Shown piece by piece: positions 13,723 through 26,119 of a DNA stretch of 64,000 nt. Numbering within the stretch: position 1 is the stretch's first letter; each line of letters begins with the position of its first letter. Source of the DNA: Octopus bimaculoides (lineage: Eukaryota); the NCBI RefSeq assembly GCF_001194135.2, contig NC_068984.1:71149923-71213922 (forward strand), in the 5' to 3' direction. Under the pieces are notes generated by a model. That model was not told the origin of the DNA. It made no database searches and worked only from the letters and a program-made list of their open reading frames with translations. A program made the position numbers and the translations under genes.

Positions 13723-13976
13723 CTAGAATTAAAAGTGAAACTATAAAAGTGAAACAATATTATATGACATTACGTAATGCAAAACCAGTCTAAGAGATTG
13801 CTCTGGGCTCGCATTAGGCGCGAAGTTGAAAATTTTTTTAGCCCATGACACTCCATGGACTGTAAGTAATGAATGTGCTAAATATAAATGAAATCGGTTG
13901 TGTAGTTGTTAAATTTTAGCGATGCATACATACAGACTCACAGACAGACACACATTCTCAGTTTTATATATATAGA
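13723..13976 (-). mobile_element. 254-bp non-autonomous Helitron
   Basis: Minus strand reads A|TCTATATATATAAAACTGAGAATGTGTGTCTG...CTAG|T with no TSD; the paralogous repeat copy at ~13225 shows the empty site. Confidence 0.85.
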
Positions 13977-14137
13977 TTCACGCGTATTTACGAGTCAAAT
14001 CTAATTCATTCAAGTCAAGCACGTGCATTTACGACTAAAACAATAGCTCAGGGGACAGTAATTGATGGGAGTAATTTGTATATATTTATACATAATTAAG
14101 GATAAAAATCATATATTATACTGAAGACGGCAGAGTG

Positions 14138-14172
<35 letters not shown>

Positions 14173-14235
14173 GTGTGTATATGTATTATTCGTATGTGTA
14201 TGTATGAATATTTACATTTATGTGCTATGCGATAT

Positions 14236-14293
14236 ATTATGCTGAAGACGGCTGAGGGATTTTATATCTCTAAGCTAGAAATCGATCTATAAT
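14236..14293 (+). ncRNA. Type I hammerhead ribozyme, core intact
   Basis: AUUAUG CUGAAGA CGGC(N21)GCUA GAA AUCGAU C UAUAAU. Helix I is 6 bp, helix III is palindromic AUCGAU, cleavage triplet AUC; the helix II closing pair is a non-canonical C.A. Confidence 0.75.
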
Positions 14294-14728
14294 TAACAAT
14301 TAACACGTTTTTAAAGTCTTTTCATTTTCTCACTTTCCACCTGTGCTAACGGAGTGCAAGACGTGGTTTTAGCGCCATTTGGCTTCTATCTCTAGCATGT
14401 TGTTGCTGTTTATCAGCACCCTTTACTATAATTATATCTTTATAATCATACCTTAGTATTAATTGTTACCGATAAGTTTTTTACTACATGCTGCACACTT
14501 GATACAATCTTTATAAGGATTTTATCTTCAATTATGTATGAATGTATATTATTTATTCCCATCAAATGATATTCATTGTAGTATTATTTTGGGCGTAAAT
14601 GCACGAGCTTGAGGTGAATAAATTAGGTTTGACTTGCATGTACGTGTGAATTCATGCATATATACATGAGCATTTGTATTGTTCGTATAGGTATATATAA
14701 ATATTTGCATTTGTGTATAAGGGGGTAT

Positions 14729-14786
14729 ATTTTACTGAAGATGACAAAAGGATTCTATATTTCTAAGCTACAAATCGATATATAAT
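14729..14786 (+). ncRNA. Inactivated hammerhead copy (G12C)
   Basis: CUGAAGA UGAC..GCUA CAA AUCGAU A UAUAAU. Confidence 0.55.
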
Positions 14787-15021
14787 TAACATTAAAAAAT
14801 ACTTCTTTACTCATTTTCTTGCTTTGAAACATTGCTAACAGTGTACACCACTTGGTTTTAGCTACATTTGGCGTGTATCTCTAGCATGTTGGTTTGTTTC
14901 TCAGCACCCTTTAGTATAATTATGTCTTTATAATCATACATTAGCACTAATCGTTACCTATATGTTTTTTTTATTACATGCTTGCCATCTTTATGATTTT
15001 GTATTATGGAGATTTATACAT

Positions 15022-16156
15022 CTACAAAATGTATTTCATAGTTACAGACAGCATATTATAATAACTGACACATGTTTCCACCCCAGTGAAGGGTGTAGGC
15101 TGTTACGCAACACAAAAATTCACGGAGTGACTAACAACTGAATGTAGTGGTAGGTGTTAGTTGCTGATGAAATTTCTAGGTCATTGATAGAGAGAAAAGT
15201 AGTTTTACAGCTGTTAATTTATTAGATGTTATATATATATATATATATATATNNNNNNNNNNNNNNNNNNNNNNNNNNNNNNNNNNNNNNNNNNNNNNNN
15301 NNNNNNNNNNNNNNNNNNNNNNNNNNNNNNNNNNNNNNNNNNNNNNNNNNNNNNNNNNNNNNNNNNNNNNNNNNNNNNNNNNNNNNNNNNNNNNNNNNNN
15401 NNNNNNNNNNNNNNNNNNNNNNNNCATATATTTGTATGTTTGTCTTTGTGTCTATGTTTGTACCCCATTGCCACTTAAAATTCAATATTGTTTTGAAAAT
15501 AGAAATAGTATATTTCTAAATATCTCAAAGAGATTTATGTAGTTGCAGTACAATAAGGTGATAGTATATTGTTAACTTAATGTAACAGTCCCATAAAATG
15601 GAAGAATGCTACTGTTATTTAGCCCTAAGAAACACCGTTTCCTGTTGGACTTGACCCATTTCCGGTCTCGTTAACATAAGGACACAGGAAATGTGTCAAG
15701 TCAAAGAGGAAACGGTTTTTCCTAGGGTTAAATAACGGTATTGTTTTGTTTACATCCCAGAAATCTAGCGGTTTTGCAATAGTGGCCGATTGAATAAGCA
15801 AAGTTTTCAAAAATAAGTCTTGTATTTAACTAGTTCGATCAAAACCTCGAACGGTTTTAATGCTCCAACATGGCGGCAGTCAAATTTCTAGAATAAGGAA
15901 GAGAACATAGAAAAAGAATACACATATATGTGAGTTTGGTGGGGTATATTATCTGGCCGGATACCATAAAAGCTCTCAGTTAAGTTCCAGCTATTGGCTA
16001 CACACAACGATCAGCAACTAACACCTACCACTACATACAGTTGTTAGTCACTCCGTGAATTTTTGTGTTGCGTAACAGCCTACACCCTTCACTGGGGCGG
16101 AAACACGTGTCAGTTATTATAATATGCTGTCTGTAACTATGAAATACATTTTGTAG
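15022..16156. repeat. 147-bp inverted repeat pair (15022-15168 / 16010-16156)
   Basis: The arms are reverse complements with three substitutions, two of them CpG-type. Confidence 0.92.
15611..15739. repeat. ~130-bp imperfect palindrome (MITE-like hairpin)
   Basis: actgttatttagccctaagaaacaccgtttcct...gacttgacccatttcc pairs with ggaaatgtgtcaagtc...aggaaacggtttttcctagggttaaataacggt. Confidence 0.8.
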
Positions 16157-16382
16157 NNNNNNNNNNNNNNNNNNNNNNNNNNNNNNNNNNNNNNNNNNNN
16201 NNNNNNNNNNNNNNNNNNNNNNNNNNNNNNNNNNNNNNNNNNNNNNNNNNNNNNNNNNNNNNNNNNNNNNNNNNNNNNNNNNNNNNNNNNNNNNNNNNNN
16301 NNNNNNNNNNNNNNNNNNNNNNNNNNNNNNNNNNNNNNNNNTATACATATATGTATATATACATGTACATGTATATATAATG

Positions 16383-17130
16383 CTAGAAGTTAAACCCGGT
16401 TTCATCCGGCCTGTTTGGATGATGTGGCCGTGATCGTTTTCGGTTAGGCATAATCTATAACAGCATTTCTGAACCTTATCATTTCGGGTCCCCTGTTTCG
16501 ATTGGAGCCTCTAGCTGTATGAAGTTTTCATCACTCCCTGTCAGAAAATAGCTTCAGGAGTTGTGAAGAAAGAATTTGTACGTACTCTGTTTATGAGAGC
16601 TATTCTATTGGACGTCTGTATAATCATTAAAACATTTATTTAATTATGAAAATAGAAAGAAATTATATATTAATCCCAATTTTTGTAAGCAGTTGTATCC
16701 GCAAAAAGATATATGAAATGGACGTGCGTGTATGTGAGAGGGAAAGAGGGTGAGAAATAGAGATAGAGTGAATGAGTGAAGTTGTGTGTCATTGGATGGC
16801 ACGCCAAGTACGAAGCATTTATGGCGGAAGATGACTGGGGTGATTTGGTAGATATAAAGAAATACCATCATTTCAGTGGAGCGCTTCTTTGTAGGCAACG
16901 TTTCTCGTTTTCCCTTCTGATGCACAAATGTATAGACTTTGTGGCCTGCCAACACGGGCGCATCCTACGTAATGTTGACCGTGTGAGAACACTTGCTCTG
17001 TGAGATTTAAACCAACCATTTGCAATGATTGACCCTGTGCCTTATTTATTTCCATTGCAAAAGAGAGTTTGATAGGAAATTGAAGCCGCTTAAACTTGTA
17101 GATCGCATCGGAGGGAGGGAAGGACATTGG
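16383..17130 (-). mobile_element. Helitron 3' fragment: PIF1-like helicase C-terminus, 3' region, terminal hairpin and CTAG
   Basis: FKRLQFPIKLSFAMEINKAQGQSLQMVGLNLTEQVFSHGQHYVGCARVG...TRNVAYKEAL (16873-17127). The minus-strand end reads ccgg-atgaaa-ccgg-gtttaactt-CTAG. Confidence 0.9.
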
Positions 17131-18419
17131 AGTTATAAGAACATCTTGACCAGCGGTGATCCATTCAAGATGGTTGCCTGTAGAACATGGGAGTATATAT
17201 TTTGATTATCATGCGGACCTTTCCANNNNNNNNNNTCGGAATTTTCCAGGAAGTACCACCCTCAGAACTTTCCAGGAAGTAGTTCGTCCTTGGAACTTTC
17301 TAGGAAGGCCTCGAGATTTGCAGAGAATCCCAGCCTCGGAACTAACAAAATGTATAAATCGAGCGCCTATGTATCACAAATGGGATGAACGTTATATGAA
17401 TGCGTAAGTCCAGAGTTTCTCAAAAATATACTATTTCTCTTACGTCCCTTCATTTCACCTTCTCTCTATGCATACAAATAAACGCGCACGTACACACACA
17501 CACACATTCACATTTATATTACAATTTTATAGGATGCTGATAGGAATATCTCTGATTTTTAATTCTAAATATATTCACTGATTATTGTAAGAAGCATTTC
17601 TGTCATTCGTCACTAGACCAGTAGGGACCATGTTGCGAATTGACAGAATCATTAGAGTATCGGTTTTTGCATTCTTTATCGTGTCTTAGTGGCTCTAATT
17701 CCGACGAGGTTACATTTGCATTTCATTCTTTCGATTCGAAAAAAAAATAATAATTGTACGAAAACATGGCAATGGCTAAGCAGAATTTCTATGTTGTCAT
17801 GTTCATTCCAGTTCTGTTCTGTTCATTCTGGGTTAAAATTCCAACATGAGATAATATGGGGGTATCTTAGTTTAACGCCGCCATGTCGCATAACGGATGC
17901 TTTTAACGTAGCTATTCTTCTTTATGTTTCCGACGTAGGTTTCAGTTTTAATGACGCGTATCTCTATCTCTACGCACTAAACAGATATGTAAAAGGTCAT
18001 AGGCTCTACTCCCCACACGATTAAAACATATACGTATATATAAACAACGTAAGGCTGCAGACGTCACTTTAGCGGCAACTAATTTTAGCTTCCATAGCAT
18101 AACGTATACAAACATTTGCGCAATAGATTCTTCGAAAATTTACTTGGGCATCAGGCACGCTCATATTACTAATAATGAATTTATCACAAGAACTTATGAA
18201 CTATTATGAAGTTCAGAAAACTTAATTTTGAACAAACGATTTCATTAATTATAGAGGAGAAATATATTGTCTTCCCCTCTCTTCTACTCAAACATCCTTT
18301 CGTTCAGAATTTGCTATGAAATATTAGTTAATAATGAAACTAAATATTGATTTGTTATTTAAACCATTTCTCTGACTCTATCTGTCGATCTATCTGCCTG
18401 TCTGTCTTTCTTACCCTCT

Positions 18420-18424
18420 CTCTC

Positions 18425-18483
<59 letters not shown>

Positions 18484-18484
18484 C

Positions 18485-18533
<49 letters not shown>

Positions 18534-18545
18534 ATATATATATAT
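18420..18545. repeat. (TCTA)n-(TA)n microsatellite
   Basis: Directly visible. Confidence 0.98.
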
Positions 18546-18743
18546 ATAAATACACCCATACGGTCTATAAAGTAGATATATAATAAAGTTTTATACACAC
18601 ATTCTGTATTCTACATATGAGTGTATGCATATAATATATGAAAGCAACATATATACTTCGTGTGTATATGTGTGTGTGTGCGTCTGTTTGTATTTATATA
18701 TGTGTATGTATATACATATGTAGATACATGTATGTCTGTATAT

Positions 18744-18794
<51 letters not shown>

Positions 18795-20200
18795 TGTGTG
18801 TGTGTGTGTGTGTGTGTTTGTATATAGGTATATGCTTATATACTATACATTTTATGATATATTAGATACTAATGAGACTAAATGTTAATTTCTATTGAAA
18901 CACTTTATATGTATATATGTATGTGTATGTGTGAGTTTGTGTGTGTGTGTTTGTGTGTGCGTGTGTGTGTGTATGTCTGATATGTCTAGCTATAAAAGTA
19001 AGTGAAGCACCTTTTAACACTTTAGTGCTGTGAGAAATTCAGTTCAATATGTTGAGCATTTATCTTGGACAAGAAAGAAAAATGGATAGAAAATAGAAAT
19101 GAGGAGATTCTGTAAGCGCATTGTTTTATCTACCTAATGCTTGTTGCAAGACTTAATTTGATAAAGTAAAGAGTTTGTAATGAATTGTGTTAACCAAAAT
19201 AATGTTTCGCCGGTCAAGATATAATGTCAGAGATCTTCGATACGTGTGTGTATGTGTGTGTTTGTGCGTGTGTGTCTAGCTATGTGTGAGTGTGTGTGTG
19301 CGTGTGCGTGCGATGGAGGGAGAGAGTTAAGGTCAATTAGAAAGAAGGAGGGTGTGATGGAAAAAGCTTTTCTGTGTGTATGTTTATGTGCCTTATCGGG
19401 TCAATGTACATTTGATGCTAAAACCTATGCAGTATGTGTTGCAAATTTTGGATGCGTTAATAACTGTGTGGATGCTGGTTGACAGTGTGAAGAATTATAT
19501 ACGTGGGTATTTCAGGTGTGAGTTCTTAATTAGGTTTAATCTTGAGTGTGATAGACGGACAGTGTCTCTGTGTATGTGTCTGAAGAAGAGTGGAATTTGT
19601 GATGTGTAGTAAGGCATTTATCATTGTGTATGAGAGAGGTAAAGAAGATGCAGTGCTACTTAATGAAAACGATGTGTTTATTATTCCAGATCGGTGTCTT
19701 TAACTATTATTCCTTGTACGAATGGAAGCCAATTGATTCATGCTATAAAAAGATAATTCAACCAGTGAAACATATACTTGTATTATAAAGAATAGATTAA
19801 GTTTCAAGTTATCCAGCGTTGTTACAGGTGCTGTATATGAGCTCTGTGTAAGACAATTTTTGACCGGTTTCTTCAATCTACATAATCGCACAAAATTAGT
19901 TTTTAATGCAAACTTGTACTCTAGACGATACAGATGAAACCGTCAGTGATATGAAAGAAGAAGTAAGGTCCGAATAAAGTAGTGGTGATTTGGATAAAAA
20001 GCAAAAGGAAAAAAAAAAAAACAGGTAATTTAGCGCGTGTGCGATAAAGCAAATTTCTAAGTTATGTAGGGTAACGAACAAAAAAGATATGAGCAAAAGC
20101 TTCCGGAAATTGAGGAAGTCCCGGCGAGATGTACAAAGTAACGTCAAATTCGATAAACGTTAAGATGATTCACGAGCAACAGAATATATAATAGGTTTTG

Positions 20201-20576
20201 TGTTGTTGGCACTCCATCGCTTACGACGTCGAGAGTTCCAGTTGATCCGATCAATGGAACAGCCTACTCGTGAAATTAACGTGCAAGTGGCTGAGCACTC
20301 CACAGATACGTGTACCCCTAGCGTAGTTCTCGGGGATAGTCAGCGTGACACAGTGAGACAAGGCTGGCTCTTTGAAATACAGGTACAACAGAAACAAAGA
20401 GTGAAAGAAAGTTGTGGTGGAAGAGTACAGCAGGGATCGCCACCATCCCCTGCCGGAGCCTTGCGTAGCTTTAGGTGTTTTTGCTCGATAAACACTCACA
20501 ACGCCCGGTCTGGGAATCGAAACCGCAATCCTATGACTGCGAGTCCGCTGCCCTAACCACTGGGCCATTGCGCCTC
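20201..20576 (-). mobile_element. Full-length tRNA-derived SINE (family C)
   Basis: Head aggcgcaaTGGCCCAGTGGttagggcagcggactc...GGTTTCGATTCCC (A and B boxes), ~375-bp body. Confidence 0.9.
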
Positions 20577-22319
20577 TACTATATAATAGGATATATAATA
20601 GAATATATTGTTATAAGTTTGTTGTGAAAGCGGCAACCTGAAGGTCTGTTGTTTACGTTGATTTTCATCAGTATTATGTATTTCATCTTTCAAAAGAATT
20701 CTCTACTAAATTGTATTACCAGCCTTACAAGAAAATGTTTTGGGTTTTTAAATTATTTTTTTTATTTGTTCTTGATTTGAAAAGTAAAGTAAGAAATAAA
20801 TTAGTAAAAACAGGATTCCTTGCAACGTTTTTCAAGGCGTCCTTTTAAACAACTTTCTTAGCTTGAGAGTCCCATTTAACAGGGTTTGACATTGCAACGA
20901 TTACGGGATATTGACATATTATCGAACGGTCAAGAAGCCCTAATCTTAGAAATACAGTATTGGTATTATCAACAGAAGTGCCTCAAACAATATTTGCTTG
21001 TCTGTTGATACTCTCTAAGCAAATATTTGGCCAGTTTTGTAATGGTTAAAATTTCTATTACAGCTACTATTGAACTGCTGTTTTACTTGGGCTTGTGCAA
21101 AAGTTTCCTAATTAGTCACAAAAACGTTGTTGTTTCAGAAACTTTTTTGTTTTTGCTTTGTTTAGGAGGGGTTTGGATTAGAAATTCTGTTGTCGCGAAA
21201 TACGCTTTATAAACTTTATTTTTGTATCAGGTTCGCAAGATTCTTTATGTGAATTTGTGTGTTGAAACAAACTTTCTTGTGTCTAGTGAGAGTCATTATG
21301 CGATTATTACTAACATTGTTGGCATAATGACTCTTTTGAGACACAGCACTTTATAAAGTTATGTTATAATGAGACGACACCGGCTTTTCACGAAAATAAT
21401 GATCACAACATTGGTTAATTTACAAAAGTTAGCTGACAAAACTATCTAATGAATATTGTAAGAGCAACGATTTGACAACTAGTCAAAAAATAGCTTAAAT
21501 TTCTAAATAACCATTTGGACAAGACGAGAGAAAAGAACATGCTTATAAACAACAAAACAAAGGCGTCATAGAGATATTTCATTTCTTGTTTCAGTCATTA
21601 AAACGTTTTAATCGACCGTTTATTTCATTTTGTGTCATGTTTTGTCCCTTGTTCATCGCTTCACTATTTTGAGGCGGCTTCTCGCCGCCGGTACCACCAA
21701 AGGGTCACGATACTATCGTTAAAATCACGAAATTACTGAAAAAATTTGGCCCATAACTGATGAGGATTTGGTGACATTCTGTCTTTGTTTTTCGTTAGTT
21801 AGTGCCTACAGTAGCGGCCATAATATAATGGTTAGTAAGAACAAGTGTATTGAAATATTTATTATAGAATATTGACAAAACATTGAGACTAGATATTTTA
21901 TACATGTTTAGATATATCTAATATCTACCGTTCGCGAAACTTTCAAGTGAATGGAAGAAATATTTCGTAAGTTATGAGGAAATAAGCAAACGATATTCCA
22001 AACTGCAACGGTCAAAAGTAAAGGGTCACTTAGAAAAGCAATAAAAATCGGAACAAGGACAAAAAAAAACAAAAAAAACTCTTACTATTAATATTTTGTG
22101 AACATCCCTATACTATCAATGATCTCCTGACATCTGTTACCACAGGACTGAATTAATTTCTTGCAAAGTGATGTAATAAAATATATTTTTTATTTCACTT
22201 TTTTCTTTCTTTTATTCATTATATTACTTTTCACTAAATACTATAGCCCATTAACCCTATAACTCTTATATACTATAACCGATCGTTCATTATTATCATT
22301 ATTATCATCATCATCATCA

Positions 22320-22356
<37 letters not shown>

Positions 22357-22780
22357 AATAAAAGTGATAGTTTTAGCACATGTATGCACACATACATATA
22401 CATAGACACATAATAAGTATGTCTATATTATTCTAAGTATTCCAAACGTATCCTCATATAATCCTTATTGTCCTTTGTACACCCTGAGGATTTTCCATAC
22501 AAGGTATTTAAAATACAAAATTATATATTTATATTTTTTTTTATAATTTGAATTTTGCTTGTGAAATGAAACAAGTGTAGGTGAATATGTTAAGTAATTA
22601 ATAAATTAATTTGCATCCATTAAACCTCTCTGTCTTCTAACTCGATAATACTATTTGATATTTTACGATATTTTATATAATATATTCATAAATGTAATAT
22701 CTTTTCAAAATATGATATATTAAACCAGTGTATCTTGGATAAAATATTTTATAAGAGGTTTAAATATCCTCATTGTGAGA

Positions 22781-22812
<32 letters not shown>

Positions 22813-23849
22813 GTGTGTGTGTGTGTGCGTGCGTGTACACACACACACACACACATACGCATTAGAAGAGATTTATTGTAGCACCAATTGAAGGTGTTGG
22901 TAGCATTTAGATATTTCGTAGTTTTTGCTTGCGTCACTTGCGCATCATTTTACGAAAATTTATGAAAATAATGTAAAACGAACATACTATTAGAAATAAT
23001 AACACGATATTTTCATGTCTTTCTATTGATTTTCGAATTCAAATTTCAGATATAGTGAAAATTGAAGAAGCTACGTTTAAAAATAATGATTTAATAAATA
23101 ATTTATTGCCGTTTTATAATAGATATGAATCCTAAGGGTGTTTCATTGCATAACCAAGCATATACCTATATGTTGGAATTTATTTTTTTATTGTGTTAAA
23201 ATATTTAGGAACTATATGCGTTATGTTTAGTGATGCTATTTCCTGTATGTTCTGTATATCTGTAAATCTTCAATTGGTGGTCGATTATTTGTCTTCACCA
23301 TTCATATACATATATACATCTGTCAGCCAAGTAATAAGAATCGTAGCGTTTTTCCCTCCATAGGCTCTCATATTGTCGATGATATAAATCTTTATTGAAA
23401 ATCAAGTCTGCACTCTTTTGACATCGATAATAATAAATGGTGAGCGTATGTGCACAGGACCTGTAATATCAAGACAACTACAGAGTTATACGTATGAATG
23501 TATGTCATTATTCCATTTATTTCAAGATTTTTTGCCAATAGAGAAAGAACTGGTTTCTAACTTAGATCCAAGGATTCATTGGAATTTCAACATCAACAAC
23601 AGGGTATTTTCTAGTATGTATGTATATATGTATGCATGCATGTATGCATGTATGTATGTATGTATGTATGTATGTATGCATGTATGCATGCATATGCAAA
23701 CTTGAATGTTTTATGTATGTATTCTCATGCATATACTTGCTTATCTAGACAAACTCATATATATTTAAATGATAAAATTCTAGAATGCTTTACAGATTTT
23801 TACAGTTTCAATGATGGATTGGATATGTAGTGTTCGAATTAGCTTTCTC

Positions 23850-24290
23850 TTTTCTGGTTTTGAGAAGCATAATTTCTCAAGATTGGTATTTAAGCAGTGT
23901 GTTACGTATCCCAGGGCCCCCAAAATTACCGGTATAAACCTGAACTTGTAATCTCGATAGAGTAACCGCAGATTTCTTTATAGTTCAGCATAGGTGTTCT
24001 GTTTTTCATAGTTCTTCAGCTTTATGTTAACAATCGATGGGCAGCTAATTTCCACAATTGTGCACAGTTTCTCTTCTCTATCCCAAATCAAATCTTTGTG
24101 TATGTCTGTTGTATGACGATCACACGCTACACACTTTCCTTCCAAGCACAACTGTAAGCAGCGGAAGTGAGCTAGAACGTTAAATCTTAGTGTGCATGCA
24201 TAGCAGAGCTCAAGGTCAATCTTTGCCAACCATCTTTAGCTTCTTTACTATACCAACAATCCGGATACTTATTGATCAGTCCATGTATAC
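23850..24290 (-). mobile_element. R4/Dong-type LINE, C-terminal restriction-like endonuclease fragment
   Basis: DLIWDREEKLCTIVEISCP..NIKLK..EKQNTYAEL.RNLRLLYRDYKFRFIPVILGALGYV matches the PD..D/E..K REL domain ending (IPVILGALG). Confidence 0.85.
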
Positions 24291-24435
24291 ATATATTACA
24301 CACACACACACACGCACCCACACACACACTCACACACACAAACACACACACAAACGCATGTATATATATATATATATATATATATATGGCTGATAGCTAG
24401 CAAGGTGAGACACACATAAGAAAGAAGGAAACAAA

Positions 24436-24480
24436 GGACCACTGATGAGGTCACAGAAGTGTGACGAAAGAACTCTGGCC
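24436..24480 (+). ncRNA. Minimal type I hammerhead ribozyme
   Basis: GGACCA CUGAUGA G GUCAC agaagu GUGAC GAA AGAACU C UGGCC. Helix II is 5 bp, helix I has one mismatch, triplet CUC. Confidence 0.75.
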
Positions 24481-24780
24481 GAAATAAGATTAAGATTAAG
24501 ATTAATGTAATNNNNNNNNNNNNNNNNNNNNNNNNNNNNNNNNNNNNNNNNNNNNNNNNNNNNNNNNNNNNNNNNNNNNNNNNNNNNNNNNNNNNNNNNN
24601 NNNNNNNNNNNNNNNNNNNNNNNNNNNNNNNNNNNNNNNNNNNNNNNNNNNNNNNNNNNNNNNNNNNNNNNNNNNNNNNNNNNNNNNNNNNNNNNNNNNN
24701 NNNNNNNNNNNNNNNNNNNNNNNNNNNNNNNNNNNNNNNNNNNNNNNNNNNNNNNNNNNNNNNNNNNNNNNNNNNNNNNN

Positions 24781-24812
<32 letters not shown>

Positions 24813-25705
24813 GTTTTTATACAGGCATATATTCATATATATATATATATAGAAACATGTATGTATACCCATATGCCTGTAGGTATGCTAATTACACTAG
24901 CTATAATTTTGCTATCTACACTTTTGGATAATCTATGAATGATAACGATACTGTGTAGTAATTAAAGAAAGCGCTCATACTTTACAGCTTCAAATTTTAA
25001 CCATCCTGGTGCTTTTCTTTTATCGATATAAATACTAAGTTATTAAAGTTATGAAACTTTGCCACAGAAATAACATAAGACAATTTATGGTAATGGACTT
25101 GTCAAAATGTAGTTGAGATGTACAACAACCTTTTCAACTTCCCTAGCTAACTGTCTACATATATCTGCTAAACTGGTTAACTAAATACTAACAGCTGTAA
25201 GATGATGTTTACATTTAAGCATACCTATGTTACTATATTTGCACATTATATCCATATTCACAAATTCATATATGCATGTACACATACACACACATTATAT
25301 TATATTATATTACACACACACACACACGCACACACACACATACACACACAAACACACACATATATATATATATGAGTCTATACGCTTATACGTGCATGTA
25401 TCTCTCTATCTGCGTTTAGATTCTTTATTTTCTACGCTCAACCTCTGCTGATTGTTAACTCTACATAAGCGACACGGATGTTTCTCAGTGCGAAATGATA
25501 ATCCTACGACATTCATAGACAAGTCATCAGTACATGCGGAATGACCTTCCACCAAAAGCTCGAAAACATCATATTAGACAAATGTATGTGTGTATCAGAA
25601 CAGTTTCAGGCGCGTGTGTACGTATGTATGTCTCGTATATGCATATGCATATATAAATACACCATATACACACACATTATATATCGCGCAATAAAATCAT
25701 GCATC

Positions 25706-25865
<160 letters not shown>

Positions 25866-26119
25866 TGTGAATCCATTATATATCTATTTACACGCACACA
25901 CAATCACACACGCGCTCACACACACACACATATATAGAAATTACACATGTAGGAAAGGAAGGATGTGTGCCAAATTTTCGGAAATTTAGTTCCCCGCGAT
26001 TGCTGGAAAATATCATAAACTCCCTACCAATGAGCTTCCTACCAATAGCTGAAACTTTATTTCCTAAATCATTGAAGAGATTTTGTTGAATTCAGGGCAT
26101 ACAGGAGCTGATTTCCTTT

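Larger units (their letters stand above)
12940..15000. repeat. ~490-bp repeat array: two tandem copies followed by two inverted tandem copies, each with a hammerhead motif
   Basis: 12940-13440 aligns with 13440-14110 (after removing an insertion); 14170-14690 and 14690-15000 are reverse-complement homologues. Confidence 0.9.

Noticed and set aside
17236-17320. Three copies of ttt(c/t)aggaag next to a gap
   Set aside because: A short local minisatellite with no evidence of function.
19200-19235. gaaga...cGAAAC on the minus strand
   Set aside because: Core incomplete and no helix II.
20500-20576. tRNA gene
   Set aside because: A and B boxes are present but run into a SINE body with no acceptor stem closure; the same applies to the other SINE heads.
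19880-21400. Possible transposon or PLE relics flanking the family-C SINE
   Set aside because: No diagnostic motif could be read in any frame.
24981-25034. Exon candidate IYIDKRKAPGWLKFEAV
   Set aside because: Mediocre acceptor, and phase 2 does not follow the phase-1 end of the 26831 exon; kept only as a possibility.
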